A stretch of 64,000 bases of DNA from Lentisphaerae bacterium GWF2_49_21 (lineage in GTDB: Bacteria; Verrucomicrobiota; Lentisphaeria; Victivallales; GWF2-50-93). A model generated the notes under the pieces. The model ran no database searches, was not told the DNA's origin, and saw only the letters and a program-made list of their open reading frames with translations. Position numbers and translations under genes: made by a program. Below, piece after piece: positions 25,449-35,314 of the stretch; position 1 is the stretch's first letter; the number at the start of each line of letters is the position of its first letter. Location: contig MHBH01000077.1 of the NCBI GenBank assembly GCA_001804805.1, positions 87,355-151,354 of the forward strand, read 5' to 3'.

Positions 25449-26279
25449 ATGTCCTACACAATAGCAGTGACAGGCAAAGGCGGGGTCGGCAAGACGACAG
25501 TGACCGGGCTTATCATCAACCGGCTCCTGGCGAACGGACGGACGCCTGTGCTTGCCGTAGACGCGGATGCAAATTCATGCCTGCATTCCGTTCTCGGGGT
25601 GACGGTTGAGAATTCTGTCGGCAAAATCCGTGAAGAAGCACGAGAGGAAGCGTCGAAGGGAAAAGTCACGGGAATCGCAAAACAGCAGATGCTCGAAATG
25701 AAGATAGCAGAATGTCTTGTCGAAGCGAAGGATTTCGATCTTATCGCGATGGGCAGGCCCGAAGGACCGGGCTGCTACTGCTACGCGAACAATGTATTGA
25801 GGGACGTAATCCGGAAACTTTCATCGAGCTATCCATACGTGGTAATCGACAACGAGGCGGGACTTGAAAACCTTTCGCGGCGTATTGTCCAGAAGGTCGA
25901 TCTTCTTGTGATGGTCGCGGATCCTTCGAAGAACGGAATCGAGACTATCAGGCGTCTTCACAAGCTTGCCTTTGAGATGAAAATAGATTTCAAGAAGCTC
26001 TGCATCTTCATCAACAGGACCAGGGACGGCAAGATTCCTGAAGAGGCGAAATATCTGAAGAATGAGACTGAAGCTGATTTTATCATACCTCTACCCGACA
26101 ACAAGGAAATTGCATCATTCTCGGAAAAGGGAACTTCACTGTTCGAGCTTTCCGTTGAGAACGAAGTGTCCAAGATAGTAGATGAATTTGTAGGACAATT
26201 GGATTGCATATTTGGCTGCGCCAAATCTGCAAAAGCAACTGCGTTGCAGGAGAAAATGGCAGCGAAGCTGCACATATAG
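25449..26279 (+). CDS. cooC: CODH nickel-insertion ATPase (CooC family), second copy
   Basis: Start at the ATG at 25449 (the upstream part of the ORF is REP sequence). GKGGVGKTT P-loop and GPGCYCY CxC motif. Confidence 0.8.
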   Translation: MSYTIAVTGKGGVGKTTVTGLIINRLLANGRTPVLAVDADANSCLHSVLGVTVENSVGKIREEAREEASKGKVTGIAKQQMLEMKIAECLVEAKDFDLIAMGRPEGPGCYCYANNVLRDVIRKLSSSYPYVVIDNEAGLENLSRRIVQKVDLLVMVADPSKNGIETIRRLHKLAFEMKIDFKKLCIFINRTRDGKIPEEAKYLKNETEADFIIPLPDNKEIASFSEKGTSLFELSVENEVSKIVDEFVGQLDCIFGCAKSAKATALQEKMAAKLHI

Positions 26280-26311
26280 ACTGCGAAGCAGGATATATAA
26301 GGAGAATATAA

Positions 26312-28261
26312 ATGGCCAAGGAAGCTAAAAGACCGGAAGAGCTGGTTTCCGACCAGGCGTCGATCGAGACGATATTGAAAGCTCAGCTCGACTGCGTCGA
26401 AACTTGTTTCGTCAGGGCTGAAGCCCAGGGGATGCCCTGCAAGTTCGGAACACTCGGAGTATGCTGCAAGATATGCCACATGGGACCGTGCAAGATAACT
26501 CCGAAGTCTCCGCGCGGCGTCTGCGGAGCCGATGCCGACACGATTGTCGCCAGGAATTTCCTGCGCGAAACAGCTGCCGGAACTGCAGCCCATTCTGACC
26601 ATGGGCGCCATCTCGCCCTACGTTTCAAGAAGATTGCCGAAGGCAAGGAACCGGACTACAAGATCACCGATGTCAAGGCACTCCACAGGATAGCCGGAAA
26701 ATATGGAATAAAGACCGAAGGACGCGCTCAGAATGAAATAGCCCTTGAACTTGCGAATACGTTCATGTCCGAATTCACATCCCAGGAGGAACCGCTCAAG
26801 ACATTGAATCTAGCGCCGGAAAAGACCCGGGCCGTATGGAAAAAGACCAAAATCGAACCATACGGGGCAGACAGGATGGTGGTCGAGGCGATGCACCGTA
26901 CACATATGGGAGTTGATCATGATTACAGGAATCTTCTCGACATGGCCTTCAGGACTTCACTTGCAGACGGCTGGGGCGGAGCGCATGTTGCAACGCAGAT
27001 TTCCGACATAATGTTCGGAACGCCTGAACCTGTCAAAAGCAGTGCCAATCTCGGTGTGCTCGAAGAGAAGAAGGTAAATATAATTGTTCATGGACACGAG
27101 CCTGCTCTTTCGGAAATGCTCGCAACTGCGGTCTATGATCCGGAGATAATTGAATATGCGAAGAAGGCTGGAGCTGAAGGAGTGAACCTTGCAGGGCTCT
27201 GCTGCACTGCGAATGAGATCCTCATGCGCCGCGGAATAAATGTCGCCGGAAACTTCCTCCAGCAGGAACTTGCAATCATCACCGGCGCCGTTGAAATGAT
27301 GGTGGTCGATGTGCAGTGTGTGATGCCGAGCCTTCCGTCGGTCGCCGCGTCATATCATACATTGGTTGTTTCTACAACGGACATCGCAAAGACCATCGGA
27401 GCAATCCACATGGAGTTCGACGAGGATCACGCCTATCTTTCGGCAAAAAACTTAATTAAGAAGGCTATCGACAATTTCAAGAACCGCGATCCGAAGAAAA
27501 TGCAGATCCCGAAAGTCAAGGAACCTCTCATCGCAGGATTCAGCGTTGAAGCGATAAGATACATGCTCGGTGGATCATTCAGGGCTTCATTCCGCCCTCT
27601 CAACGACGCCATAATCCAGGGCAGGATCCGCGGAATCGCCGGAATCGTCGGCTGCAACAACATCAAGACTAAAACAGATTCGTATATCAACTCTATTACA
27701 AGAGAACTTATTAAACGGAACGTCCTAATTCTTAAGACGGGATGCGCCGCACAGGCCTCAGGCAAGGCTGGAAAACTTACTCCTGAAACCGCTCTGGGAG
27801 AGGCCGGACAGGGACTGCGCGAAGTCTGCGAGGCCGTAGGAATTCCGCCGATCCTCCACATGGGGAGCTGTGTCGACAACACGCGCATCCTCGAGGCTGC
27901 TTCTGAAATCGTCTATGAAGGCGGACTCGGTGACAGCATCGCGAAAGTTCCCGCAGTGGGCGTCGCCCCCGAATGGATGAGCGAGAAGGCCGTCGCGATC
28001 GGTTGTTATTTTGTGGCGTCAGGAGTCGATGTGATCCTTGGACAGCCTTTCCATATTTCCGGTTCGGAGAACGTGGTGAAATATCTCGACGAAGGGGCGA
28101 GGGAGAAGTACGGCGGGGGTTTCATATATATTCCTGATCCTATGGAGGCCGTCGAGAAGATCATGTCGCTCATCGAGGCAAAGCGTGAGAAGCTCGGTAT
28201 CAACAAGAAGGCCGAACGCAAGCTGCTCGACATGAAAGATAGGAGATCTACCAATGTCTAA
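26312..28261 (+). CDS. cooS: anaerobic Ni-Fe carbon monoxide dehydrogenase catalytic subunit
   Basis: 649 aa. N-terminal Cys clusters (CKFGTLGVCCKICHMGPC...CGA), AHSDHGRHL, GCNN, HMGSCVDN. Confidence 0.92.
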   Translation: MAKEAKRPEELVSDQASIETILKAQLDCVETCFVRAEAQGMPCKFGTLGVCCKICHMGPCKITPKSPRGVCGADADTIVARNFLRETAAGTAAHSDHGRHLALRFKKIAEGKEPDYKITDVKALHRIAGKYGIKTEGRAQNEIALELANTFMSEFTSQEEPLKTLNLAPEKTRAVWKKTKIEPYGADRMVVEAMHRTHMGVDHDYRNLLDMAFRTSLADGWGGAHVATQISDIMFGTPEPVKSSANLGVLEEKKVNIIVHGHEPALSEMLATAVYDPEIIEYAKKAGAEGVNLAGLCCTANEILMRRGINVAGNFLQQELAIITGAVEMMVVDVQCVMPSLPSVAASYHTLVVSTTDIAKTIGAIHMEFDEDHAYLSAKNLIKKAIDNFKNRDPKKMQIPKVKEPLIAGFSVEAIRYMLGGSFRASFRPLNDAIIQGRIRGIAGIVGCNNIKTKTDSYINSITRELIKRNVLILKTGCAAQASGKAGKLTPETALGEAGQGLREVCEAVGIPPILHMGSCVDNTRILEAASEIVYEGGLGDSIAKVPAVGVAPEWMSEKAVAIGCYFVASGVDVILGQPFHISGSENVVKYLDEGAREKYGGGFIYIPDPMEAVEKIMSLIEAKREKLGINKKAERKLLDMKDRRSTNV

Positions 28262-31200
28262 GATAATCTGCGGAAGCGCAATTGACGGAGCTATCGAATG
28301 GGTGGCGAAAGCCGAGGCCATACTCGACAAGGCTGTAAAGCTAAAAGGCGAATCAAGTCCGGTCGCATTTCCGAACACTGCCTATTACCTGCCTGTGATC
28401 TATTCGTTCACCGGCGAGAAGATGGAGAAGCTCTCGGATTTAAGAAGGATACTCAAGCTGGCTAAAAGCCTTCTTCCGGCGCGCCCAACCGACAAAGTTT
28501 GGCTGCCGTATCTCGGAAAGGCGCTTGATGCGGGCGCAGCAGCACTTTTCGCCTGTGAAGTGATCGAGGCGTGCAAATATCTCATCGGCCCAAATCCGGT
28601 CGACGGTATCTGGCTCGGTGCGGCGAACGATGTCATCATGCGTGAACGCGGAATTGAATTCGTCGACGGCACTGCTCCAGGATTCGCCGCCATCACCGGC
28701 GCGGCTCCGAACAGCAAGATAGCCGTAAAGATCGCGCGCGAACTCCAGGAAAAGAACCTTTATGTGTTCATGGCCGGCTGCACCAATGGCAAGCAGTTCG
28801 CCGAACAGCTCGCAGAAGAAGGCGTACAGCTCGGATGGGAGACACGGCTTGTTCCTTTCGGACGCGATGTGTCCGCTCTTATCTACGCACTTGGATTTGC
28901 GAACCGCGCAGCCCTTTCGTTCGGAGGAGTAAAACCCGGCGACTTCAAAGGAAACCTTAAATACAACAAGGAAAGAATATTTGCATTCGTCCTCGCATTG
29001 GGCGAAGTCACGGCCGACAAATATGCGGCGGCCGCAGGAGCGATCAACTACGGATTCCCTGTTATCGCCGACACCGCGATCCCGGAAATCCTACCGACCG
29101 GCGTCTGCACATACGAACATGTAGTCTCAAAAATCCCGCATGAGACGATGGTCGAGAAGGCGCTTGAAGTCAGAGGCTGCAAGATCAGGATAACAAAAGT
29201 TCCGATCCCGGTACCGTATGGCCCGGCGTTCGAGGGCGAACGCATCCGCAAGGCCGATGTCCATGTCGAATTCGGCGGGAACAAGACACCTGCATTCGAG
29301 TTTGTGACATCCGTAGATCTGGAAAGCATCAACGACGGCGAGATCGAGATCATAGGCCCTGACATTGACAAGGTAAAGGAAGGAGAAGCACTTCCTTTCG
29401 GAATCTGGGTCGAGGCCGCAGGCCGCAAGATGCAGTCCGACTTCGAACCCATCCTCGAACGCCAGATCCATCACCTGGTGAACGGCGCCGAGGGAATCTG
29501 GCACATGGGCCAGCGCGACATCATCTGGACGCGTGTCTCGAAAAACGGCTTCGCAAAAGGCCTTCGGTTGCGCCATTACGGCGAAATCCTTCATGCAAAA
29601 CTGCTTTCGGATTATCCGGCAATCGTAGACAAGGTGAAGGTCACACTAATAACCGATCTCAAGGAAGTTGAGAAACGCCTTGCCATAGCGAGGAAAGTCT
29701 ATGACGAACGCAACCGCCGTCTTGAATCCATGACAGACGAATCGGTCGACACCTTCTATTCATGCCTGCTCTGCCAGTCATTCGCGCCGAACCACGTCTG
29801 CATAATCACACCAGAACGACTCGGACTTTGCGGCGCATACAACTGGCTCGATGGAAAGGCCGCGTTTGAAATCGACGAGACCGGGCCCAACCAGCCTGTC
29901 AAGAAAGGCGAATGCCTCGATCCGGTCAAGGGCATATGGAAAGGCATCAACGATTATGTGTTCCCTAACAGCCATAAGACCGTGGATACGTTCTGCGCAT
30001 ATTCGATCATGGACAGGCCGATGACAAGCTGCGGATGCTTCGAAGTCATCTGTGCATATCTGCCGGAATGCAACGGAGTCATGGTAGTCAACCGCGAATT
30101 CCAGGGCGATACGCCTGTAGGAATGACGTTCTCCACCCTTGCCGGAAACGTCGGAGGCGGACAGCAGACGCCGGGATTCATGGGCTGTGGAAAAGTATTC
30201 CTGACTTCAAGGAAATTCCTCGGTGCCGAAGGAGGATTCAGAAGACTTGTCTGGATGCCGAAGGAGCTCAAGGAGCTTCTCGCGGCCGATCTCAAGCTGC
30301 GCTTCAAGGAACAGGGGGTTACTGATCTCATGGACAAAATAGCAGACGAGACGGTCGCGACCGAAGCCGGCGAAGTCCGCAAATATCTTGAGAAAATCGG
30401 CCATCCCGCGATCAAGATGGAGGACATGGGAGTATATGCGCATTCAGGAACCGCCGAAGCTGCTAGCCAGCCCGAGCAGGCTCCTGTCGAAATAAAACCT
30501 GTTGAGAAATTAGATGCTCCTGCCACAGACAGGAAACCGGAGGAGGAGGAAATGAAGATAACGCCTGAACTGATAAACCAGATCAAGAATCAGATCTCAA
30601 AAGAGATTTCCGATGAGCTCAAATCGACAATCGCCAAAGACATTGTCAAGGATATCATCGGAACACTGAGCGAGAAATATCTCAGGGAGAAGATCACGCA
30701 GGAACCTGCGGCGAAACCAGAGGTTCCCAAAACTGAACCAGTTCCTGTAAAGACTGTTGAAGCTCCGGTTGAAAAACCCCTCGCACAACAGGCCCCTGCC
30801 CCTACGCCAGTTGAAAGATTATCCTCGCTGAAGACCTTCAAGATCAGGAAGGACAAATGCGAGGTTCCGGTCTGGACCGTCAAGCTTGGCGCTGGCAAGA
30901 AGGAAGGCGGAACTAGAGGAAAGACCTATTCCGTCGGAGGTGCGACCTGCATGCCGTTCCATCTCTGGGAAGGTGAAATGCCAAACAGGCCTCTTGTAGC
31001 AATGGAAGTGTTCGATGTAGTCAACGATAAATATCCGCAGGTCCTCAGAAACACCTACGGCGATCTTCTTGCGAATCCCGCAAAGATGGCGAAGGCCTGC
31101 GTCGAGAAATACGGCGCGGATCTCATAAGCATCCGGCTCGAGGGGACTCATCCGGAAAAGGGCAACCGTTCACCTGAAGATTCAGTTAAACTCGTCAAGT

Positions 31201-31796
31201 CAGTTCTTGAAGCCGTCGATGTTCCGCTGATCATAACCGGGCACAACAACTTCGACAGGAACAACGAAGTGATGAAAGCTGTCGCACAGGCTTGCGCCGG
31301 AGAGAACCTGCTCCTCAACTGGGTAGAACAGAACAACTACCGCACCATCGCCGGAGCCGCGCTCGGTTACGGGCATTCGCTCGTTGCGCAGTCCCCGATC
31401 GACGTGAACATTGGCAAGCAGTTGAACATCCTCCTGACCAACATGGATGTGAAGATCGAACAGATCGTGATGGATCCGATGACAGGTTCCGTCGGCTACG
31501 GGATCGAATACACATACTCCGTGATGGAGCGCGTGAGATACACCGGACTGACCGGCGATAAGATGCTTGCAGGACCGATGATCGTCTCACCCGGACAGGA
31601 ATGCGCCAAGGTGAAGGAAGCCAAGGCCGAGGAGAAGGACTTCCCGGCATGGGGTGATCTCAAGAAACGCGCCGCCCTCTGGGAATACACGACTGCGGCG
31701 AATTTGCTTTATTCCGGCGCCGACATCCTGATCATGTACAGCCCGGAAGCGGCCGTAGCAATAAGGAAGTTAATAACAAAATTAATTAATAAATAA
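28254..31796 (+). CDS. acsB: acetyl-CoA synthase (AcsB) fused to the corrinoid Fe-S protein small subunit (AcsD)
   Basis: 1180 aa. Residues 1-725 are AcsB-like (CLLCQSFAPNHVC...LCGA and the A-cluster motif SCGCFE). Residues 726-859 form a Pro/Glu/Lys-rich linker with an amphipathic helix. Residues 860-1180 are AcsD/CdhD-like (VGGATCMPFH..., TIM-barrel type). Confidence 0.85.
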   Translation: MSKIICGSAIDGAIEWVAKAEAILDKAVKLKGESSPVAFPNTAYYLPVIYSFTGEKMEKLSDLRRILKLAKSLLPARPTDKVWLPYLGKALDAGAAALFACEVIEACKYLIGPNPVDGIWLGAANDVIMRERGIEFVDGTAPGFAAITGAAPNSKIAVKIARELQEKNLYVFMAGCTNGKQFAEQLAEEGVQLGWETRLVPFGRDVSALIYALGFANRAALSFGGVKPGDFKGNLKYNKERIFAFVLALGEVTADKYAAAAGAINYGFPVIADTAIPEILPTGVCTYEHVVSKIPHETMVEKALEVRGCKIRITKVPIPVPYGPAFEGERIRKADVHVEFGGNKTPAFEFVTSVDLESINDGEIEIIGPDIDKVKEGEALPFGIWVEAAGRKMQSDFEPILERQIHHLVNGAEGIWHMGQRDIIWTRVSKNGFAKGLRLRHYGEILHAKLLSDYPAIVDKVKVTLITDLKEVEKRLAIARKVYDERNRRLESMTDESVDTFYSCLLCQSFAPNHVCIITPERLGLCGAYNWLDGKAAFEIDETGPNQPVKKGECLDPVKGIWKGINDYVFPNSHKTVDTFCAYSIMDRPMTSCGCFEVICAYLPECNGVMVVNREFQGDTPVGMTFSTLAGNVGGGQQTPGFMGCGKVFLTSRKFLGAEGGFRRLVWMPKELKELLAADLKLRFKEQGVTDLMDKIADETVATEAGEVRKYLEKIGHPAIKMEDMGVYAHSGTAEAASQPEQAPVEIKPVEKLDAPATDRKPEEEEMKITPELINQIKNQISKEISDELKSTIAKDIVKDIIGTLSEKYLREKITQEPAAKPEVPKTEPVPVKTVEAPVEKPLAQQAPAPTPVERLSSLKTFKIRKDKCEVPVWTVKLGAGKKEGGTRGKTYSVGGATCMPFHLWEGEMPNRPLVAMEVFDVVNDKYPQVLRNTYGDLLANPAKMAKACVEKYGADLISIRLEGTHPEKGNRSPEDSVKLVKSVLEAVDVPLIITGHNNFDRNNEVMKAVAQACAGENLLLNWVEQNNYRTIAGAALGYGHSLVAQSPIDVNIGKQLNILLTNMDVKIEQIVMDPMTGSVGYGIEYTYSVMERVRYTGLTGDKMLAGPMIVSPGQECAKVKEAKAEEKDFPAWGDLKKRAALWEYTTAANLLYSGADILIMYSPEAAVAIRKLITKLINK

Positions 31797-31797
31797 T

Positions 31798-31878
31798 CTC
31801 GCACTAAGGCACAAAGGCTCTAAGTATTATGAAATTCAAAATAGATGAAACTTCGTGGCTTTGTGACTTTGTGAGAGG
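31798..31878. repeat. inverted repeat of tandem CACAAAGG-type units between acsB-D and acsC
   Basis: CTCGCACTAAGGCACAAAGGCTCTAAG against CTTCGTGGCTTTGTGACTTTGTGAGAGG. It begins 2 nt after the stop codon. Confidence 0.6.
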
Positions 31879-31902
31879 ATAAAGTTCAAGGAGGTATTCA
31901 CC

Positions 31903-33240
31903 ATGGCATTGACAGGATTACAGATACAGAAACTTCTACCGAAGACGAACTGCAAGGAATGCGGTTCGAACACGTGTCTCGCGTTTGCGATGAAGCTTGC
32001 AGCGAAAAAAGCGGAACTTTCACAATGCCCGTACGCGTCAGAAGAGGCGAAGAAAGTACTCGGTGCGGCAAGTGAACCACCGGTGAAATCAATCGTACTC
32101 GGACCCGACAAGAAACTCAAACTCGGTGAGGAGACTGTCCTTTACAGGCACGAAAAGACTTTTGTCAACCAGACCGCCCTCGCTGTCAACATAAACGACA
32201 CCGACAAGCCGGAGTCGATTGAAAAGACGCTCCGCGCGGTCGGCAGCTACCTGCTCGAGCGTGTCGGCGAAAAGCTCATCGTCGACATGGTCTGCATAAC
32301 CTGCAAGAGCGGAGATCCTGCGAAGTTCGCAAACATCTGCTCCAAGGCGTATGAGATCGCAAAGCGCCCGATCGTGATGCGCAGTTCCAGCGTCCAGGAA
32401 ATCTCAGCCGCGGCGAAGGCGGTGAAAGGTTCGAACAGCGTTATCGCATCGGCGAATCCAAAGACAGCCGATGAACTGAAAAAAATCGCCGAGGAGAACG
32501 GTCATGCGCTCGCATTGACAGCTCCTAACCTCGATGAGCTTTCAGCGCTGACTTCAAGGATCAAGGAGTCCGGCTTCAACAACATCATCCTCAATTTCGA
32601 GACGTTCTCGCTTTCAGAGCAGTTCCAGGTGAATTCAATCGCACGCAGGGCGGCGCTGAAGGACTCGTTCAAGCCTCTCGGATATCCTTCGATCAAATTC
32701 ATCGATGGAGGAGAAATGTTCGACATCGCCGGCGAGGCGATAAACGAGATCACAAAATACGGGGGGATCTGCGTGCTTCCATACTTCGATTCGGCAATGC
32801 TGGTTTCCCTGATGACGCTCCGTCTGAACATCTATACGGATCCTCAGAAGCCAATCCAGGTTGAGCCGAAAGTATATTCTATCGGCGAACCGGACAAGAA
32901 CTCCCCGGTATTCGTCACGACAAACTTCTCGCTCACATATTTTATTGTATCGGGCGAGATCGAGAACAGCGGGACAAACGCGTGGCTCGTGGTTCCAGAG
33001 TGCGAAGGCATGAGCGTCCTGACCGCCTGGGCTGCCGGTAAGTTCTCCGGCGCGTCGATCGCGAAGTTCATAAAGGGGATCGGGCTCGAGGAGCAGGTCG
33101 CCACGCGTCAGATCATAATCCCCGGCTACGTCGCGCAGATCAGCGGTGAACTCGAGGAAAGCCTTCCGGGATGGAAGGTCGTCGTAGGGCCGCAGGAAGC
33201 CGCCGACATTGAAAGCTTCGTGAAGGCGAGGATTAAGTAA
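31903..33240 (+). CDS. acsC: corrinoid iron-sulfur protein large subunit
   Basis: 445 aa. N-terminal 4Fe-4S motif CKECGSNTCLAF...C. AAGGAGG ribosome-binding site. Confidence 0.9.
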   Translation: MALTGLQIQKLLPKTNCKECGSNTCLAFAMKLAAKKAELSQCPYASEEAKKVLGAASEPPVKSIVLGPDKKLKLGEETVLYRHEKTFVNQTALAVNINDTDKPESIEKTLRAVGSYLLERVGEKLIVDMVCITCKSGDPAKFANICSKAYEIAKRPIVMRSSSVQEISAAAKAVKGSNSVIASANPKTADELKKIAEENGHALALTAPNLDELSALTSRIKESGFNNIILNFETFSLSEQFQVNSIARRAALKDSFKPLGYPSIKFIDGGEMFDIAGEAINEITKYGGICVLPYFDSAMLVSLMTLRLNIYTDPQKPIQVEPKVYSIGEPDKNSPVFVTTNFSLTYFIVSGEIENSGTNAWLVVPECEGMSVLTAWAAGKFSGASIAKFIKGIGLEEQVATRQIIIPGYVAQISGELEESLPGWKVVVGPQEAADIESFVKARIK

Positions 33241-33262
33241 TAAATTTTGCAGGCAAAATTTA
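33241..33262 (+). promoter_or_regulatory. 22-nt palindrome TAAATTTTGC-AG-GCAAAATTTA filling the acsC/RACo intergenic gap
   Basis: It starts right after the TAA stop and ends 1 nt before the ATG at 33264. No Shine-Dalgarno sequence is visible. Same outer arms as the palindrome at 20617. Confidence 0.5.
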
Positions 33263-33263
33263 T

Positions 33264-35195
33264 ATGCCACTCATCACATTCAAACCATCCGGCAAGACGA
33301 TTGATGTTCCAGCGGGAACAGAACTCCTCGAAGCCGCTAGAAAAGCAGGGATAAAGATCGACTCCCCCTGCGGGGGGAAGGGTTCCTGCGGAAAATGCAT
33401 TGTGCATGTGCTTTCCGGAATTGTCGATTCCGACAGCCTCGGTGTTCTTCCGCAGACCGCGGTCGCCGACGGCTATGTGCTTGCATGCAAGACAAAAGTT
33501 CTTGATGGTCAGATAACTGTAGACATACCGGAACAGGTCGGCAGGACCGGCGGAAAATTCACAAAGGCGACCACCGAGGATTTCAACCTGATCCGCCAGG
33601 AACTTCTTCCGGAACGATGGGAATACGAACCGCTGGCGATAAAATGGATGATCAAGGTTCCCCCTGCAAAGATCGAGGACGGACTTTCCGACCTCGACCG
33701 ACTCTCACGTGCGCTTAAAAGGGAATGGGGCGAATGCGAGATCATATATAGCCTTCCCGTCCTGAGAAAAATCCCCGACACGCTCCGCGAAAAGGATGGA
33801 ATGGTCACTTTCACGTTGGTCAATGACGCCAAGCGCTGCTATGTGATCAACATCCAGCCGGGGGATACGACAGTCAATCATTATGGTGTCGCCATCGATG
33901 TCGGGACGACAACAGTCGCCGTGGAACTCGTCTATCTCTTCCTCGGTGAAGTCGTGGCGGTGAGAAGCGACTACAACGACCAGATAGACTGCGGACTCGA
34001 CGTGATAAGCAGGATAAACTACGCAAAGAATCCAGAACGACTGGAAGAGCTCAGGAAAAGAGTATTGAATTCCGTCAACCGGCTGATAAAACAGGCCGCT
34101 GAAAGCCATAATATTGATCTGAACGACATTTCGAGCGGTGTTATTTCCGGCAATACTGCGATGATCCATCTGATGCTCGGGATCAATTCAGAATATCTGC
34201 GTTTGGAACCTTATACTCCGACCATCCGCGAATCTCCATTCCTGACCGCCGCCGAAGTCGGACTGGACATCAACCCGCAGTCATGGCTTTATTTCTCCCC
34301 CCATGTAGGAAGCTATGTCGGAGGTGACATCACTGCCGGGATACTCTGCACGGATCTTGCGACTGACAGCAAGGACATCAGCCTTTTCATCGACATCGGA
34401 ACCAACGGAGAACTTGTGATAGGAAATTCTGATTTCATGCTGACATGTGCGTGTTCCGCAGGACCGGCGTTCGAAGGCGGCGGCATCGAGTTCGGGATGA
34501 GGGCCGCACTTGGAGCAGTCGAAAAAGCCGAGGTCGATCCGAAGACTGGACGCGCGCATTACTGGACAATAGGAAATGTGAAGGCGAAAGGAATTTGCGG
34601 ATCGGGAATGATCTCTCTTCTTGCCAATCTCTATCTGACGGGATGGATCGATGCATCCGGCAAGTTCAACCGCCAGATGAAATCAAAGTATATCATCGTA
34701 GAAGGACGTTTTGCAAAATATATCATCGTGCCGGCAAAGGAAAGTGCGACAGGCAAAGACATTACCATCAGCGAGATGGACATCGAGAACATTGTCCGTG
34801 CAAAAGCCGCGATCTACTCTGCGTGCAACCTGATGCTCGAACAGGTCGGGATGAAGTTCGAGGATCTCTCTACAGTATATATAGCGGGTGGATTCGGAAG
34901 GTCGCTCGATCTTGAAAAGGCGATTGTCATCGGACTCGTGCCCGACCTGCCACGCGAAAAATTCCATTATATCGGCAACTCGTCCCTGATGGGCACATAC
35001 ATGGTGCTTCTTTCAAAGGAGTTCAGGGAGAAGCAGCTCGAGCTTGCACGGAAGATGACCTATGTCGAACTCAACACCGCCCCGGCATACATGGACCAGT
35101 ACATAGGCGCCCTATTCCTCCCGCACACCGACATCAACAGGTTCCCGACAGTTAAGAAAATGAAAGATGATTTCACCACGAAGGGCACGAAGTAA
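33264..35195 (+). CDS. corrinoid activation/regeneration protein (RACo-type; 2Fe-2S ferredoxin + ASKHA ATPase)
   Basis: 643 aa. N-terminal plant-type ferredoxin motif (CGGKGSCGKC...C) followed by an ASKHA-like domain (AIDVGTTT, DIGTNGE). Confidence 0.85.
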   Translation: MPLITFKPSGKTIDVPAGTELLEAARKAGIKIDSPCGGKGSCGKCIVHVLSGIVDSDSLGVLPQTAVADGYVLACKTKVLDGQITVDIPEQVGRTGGKFTKATTEDFNLIRQELLPERWEYEPLAIKWMIKVPPAKIEDGLSDLDRLSRALKREWGECEIIYSLPVLRKIPDTLREKDGMVTFTLVNDAKRCYVINIQPGDTTVNHYGVAIDVGTTTVAVELVYLFLGEVVAVRSDYNDQIDCGLDVISRINYAKNPERLEELRKRVLNSVNRLIKQAAESHNIDLNDISSGVISGNTAMIHLMLGINSEYLRLEPYTPTIRESPFLTAAEVGLDINPQSWLYFSPHVGSYVGGDITAGILCTDLATDSKDISLFIDIGTNGELVIGNSDFMLTCACSAGPAFEGGGIEFGMRAALGAVEKAEVDPKTGRAHYWTIGNVKAKGICGSGMISLLANLYLTGWIDASGKFNRQMKSKYIIVEGRFAKYIIVPAKESATGKDITISEMDIENIVRAKAAIYSACNLMLEQVGMKFEDLSTVYIAGGFGRSLDLEKAIVIGLVPDLPREKFHYIGNSSLMGTYMVLLSKEFREKQLELARKMTYVELNTAPAYMDQYIGALFLPHTDINRFPTVKKMKDDFTTKGTK

Positions 35196-35198
35196 TAA

Positions 35199-35228
35199 CG
35201 GACTGGATAACGGAATTTACAGGATTAT
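35199..35228 (+). promoter_or_regulatory. promoter module copy 3 (diverged): CGGACT-N18-GATTAT
   Basis: ACTGGATAACGGAATTTACAGGATTAT aligns with the 27-mers at 10001 and 21497. The -35 is weak. Confidence 0.3.
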
Positions 35229-35314
35229 TTTATGGTTATAATTCCCACAAAGAAAAAGTAATCTCTAGTCTGTGAAAGTCTGTGGCAAAATAATCTCAAA
35301 GGATTCTATATCTG

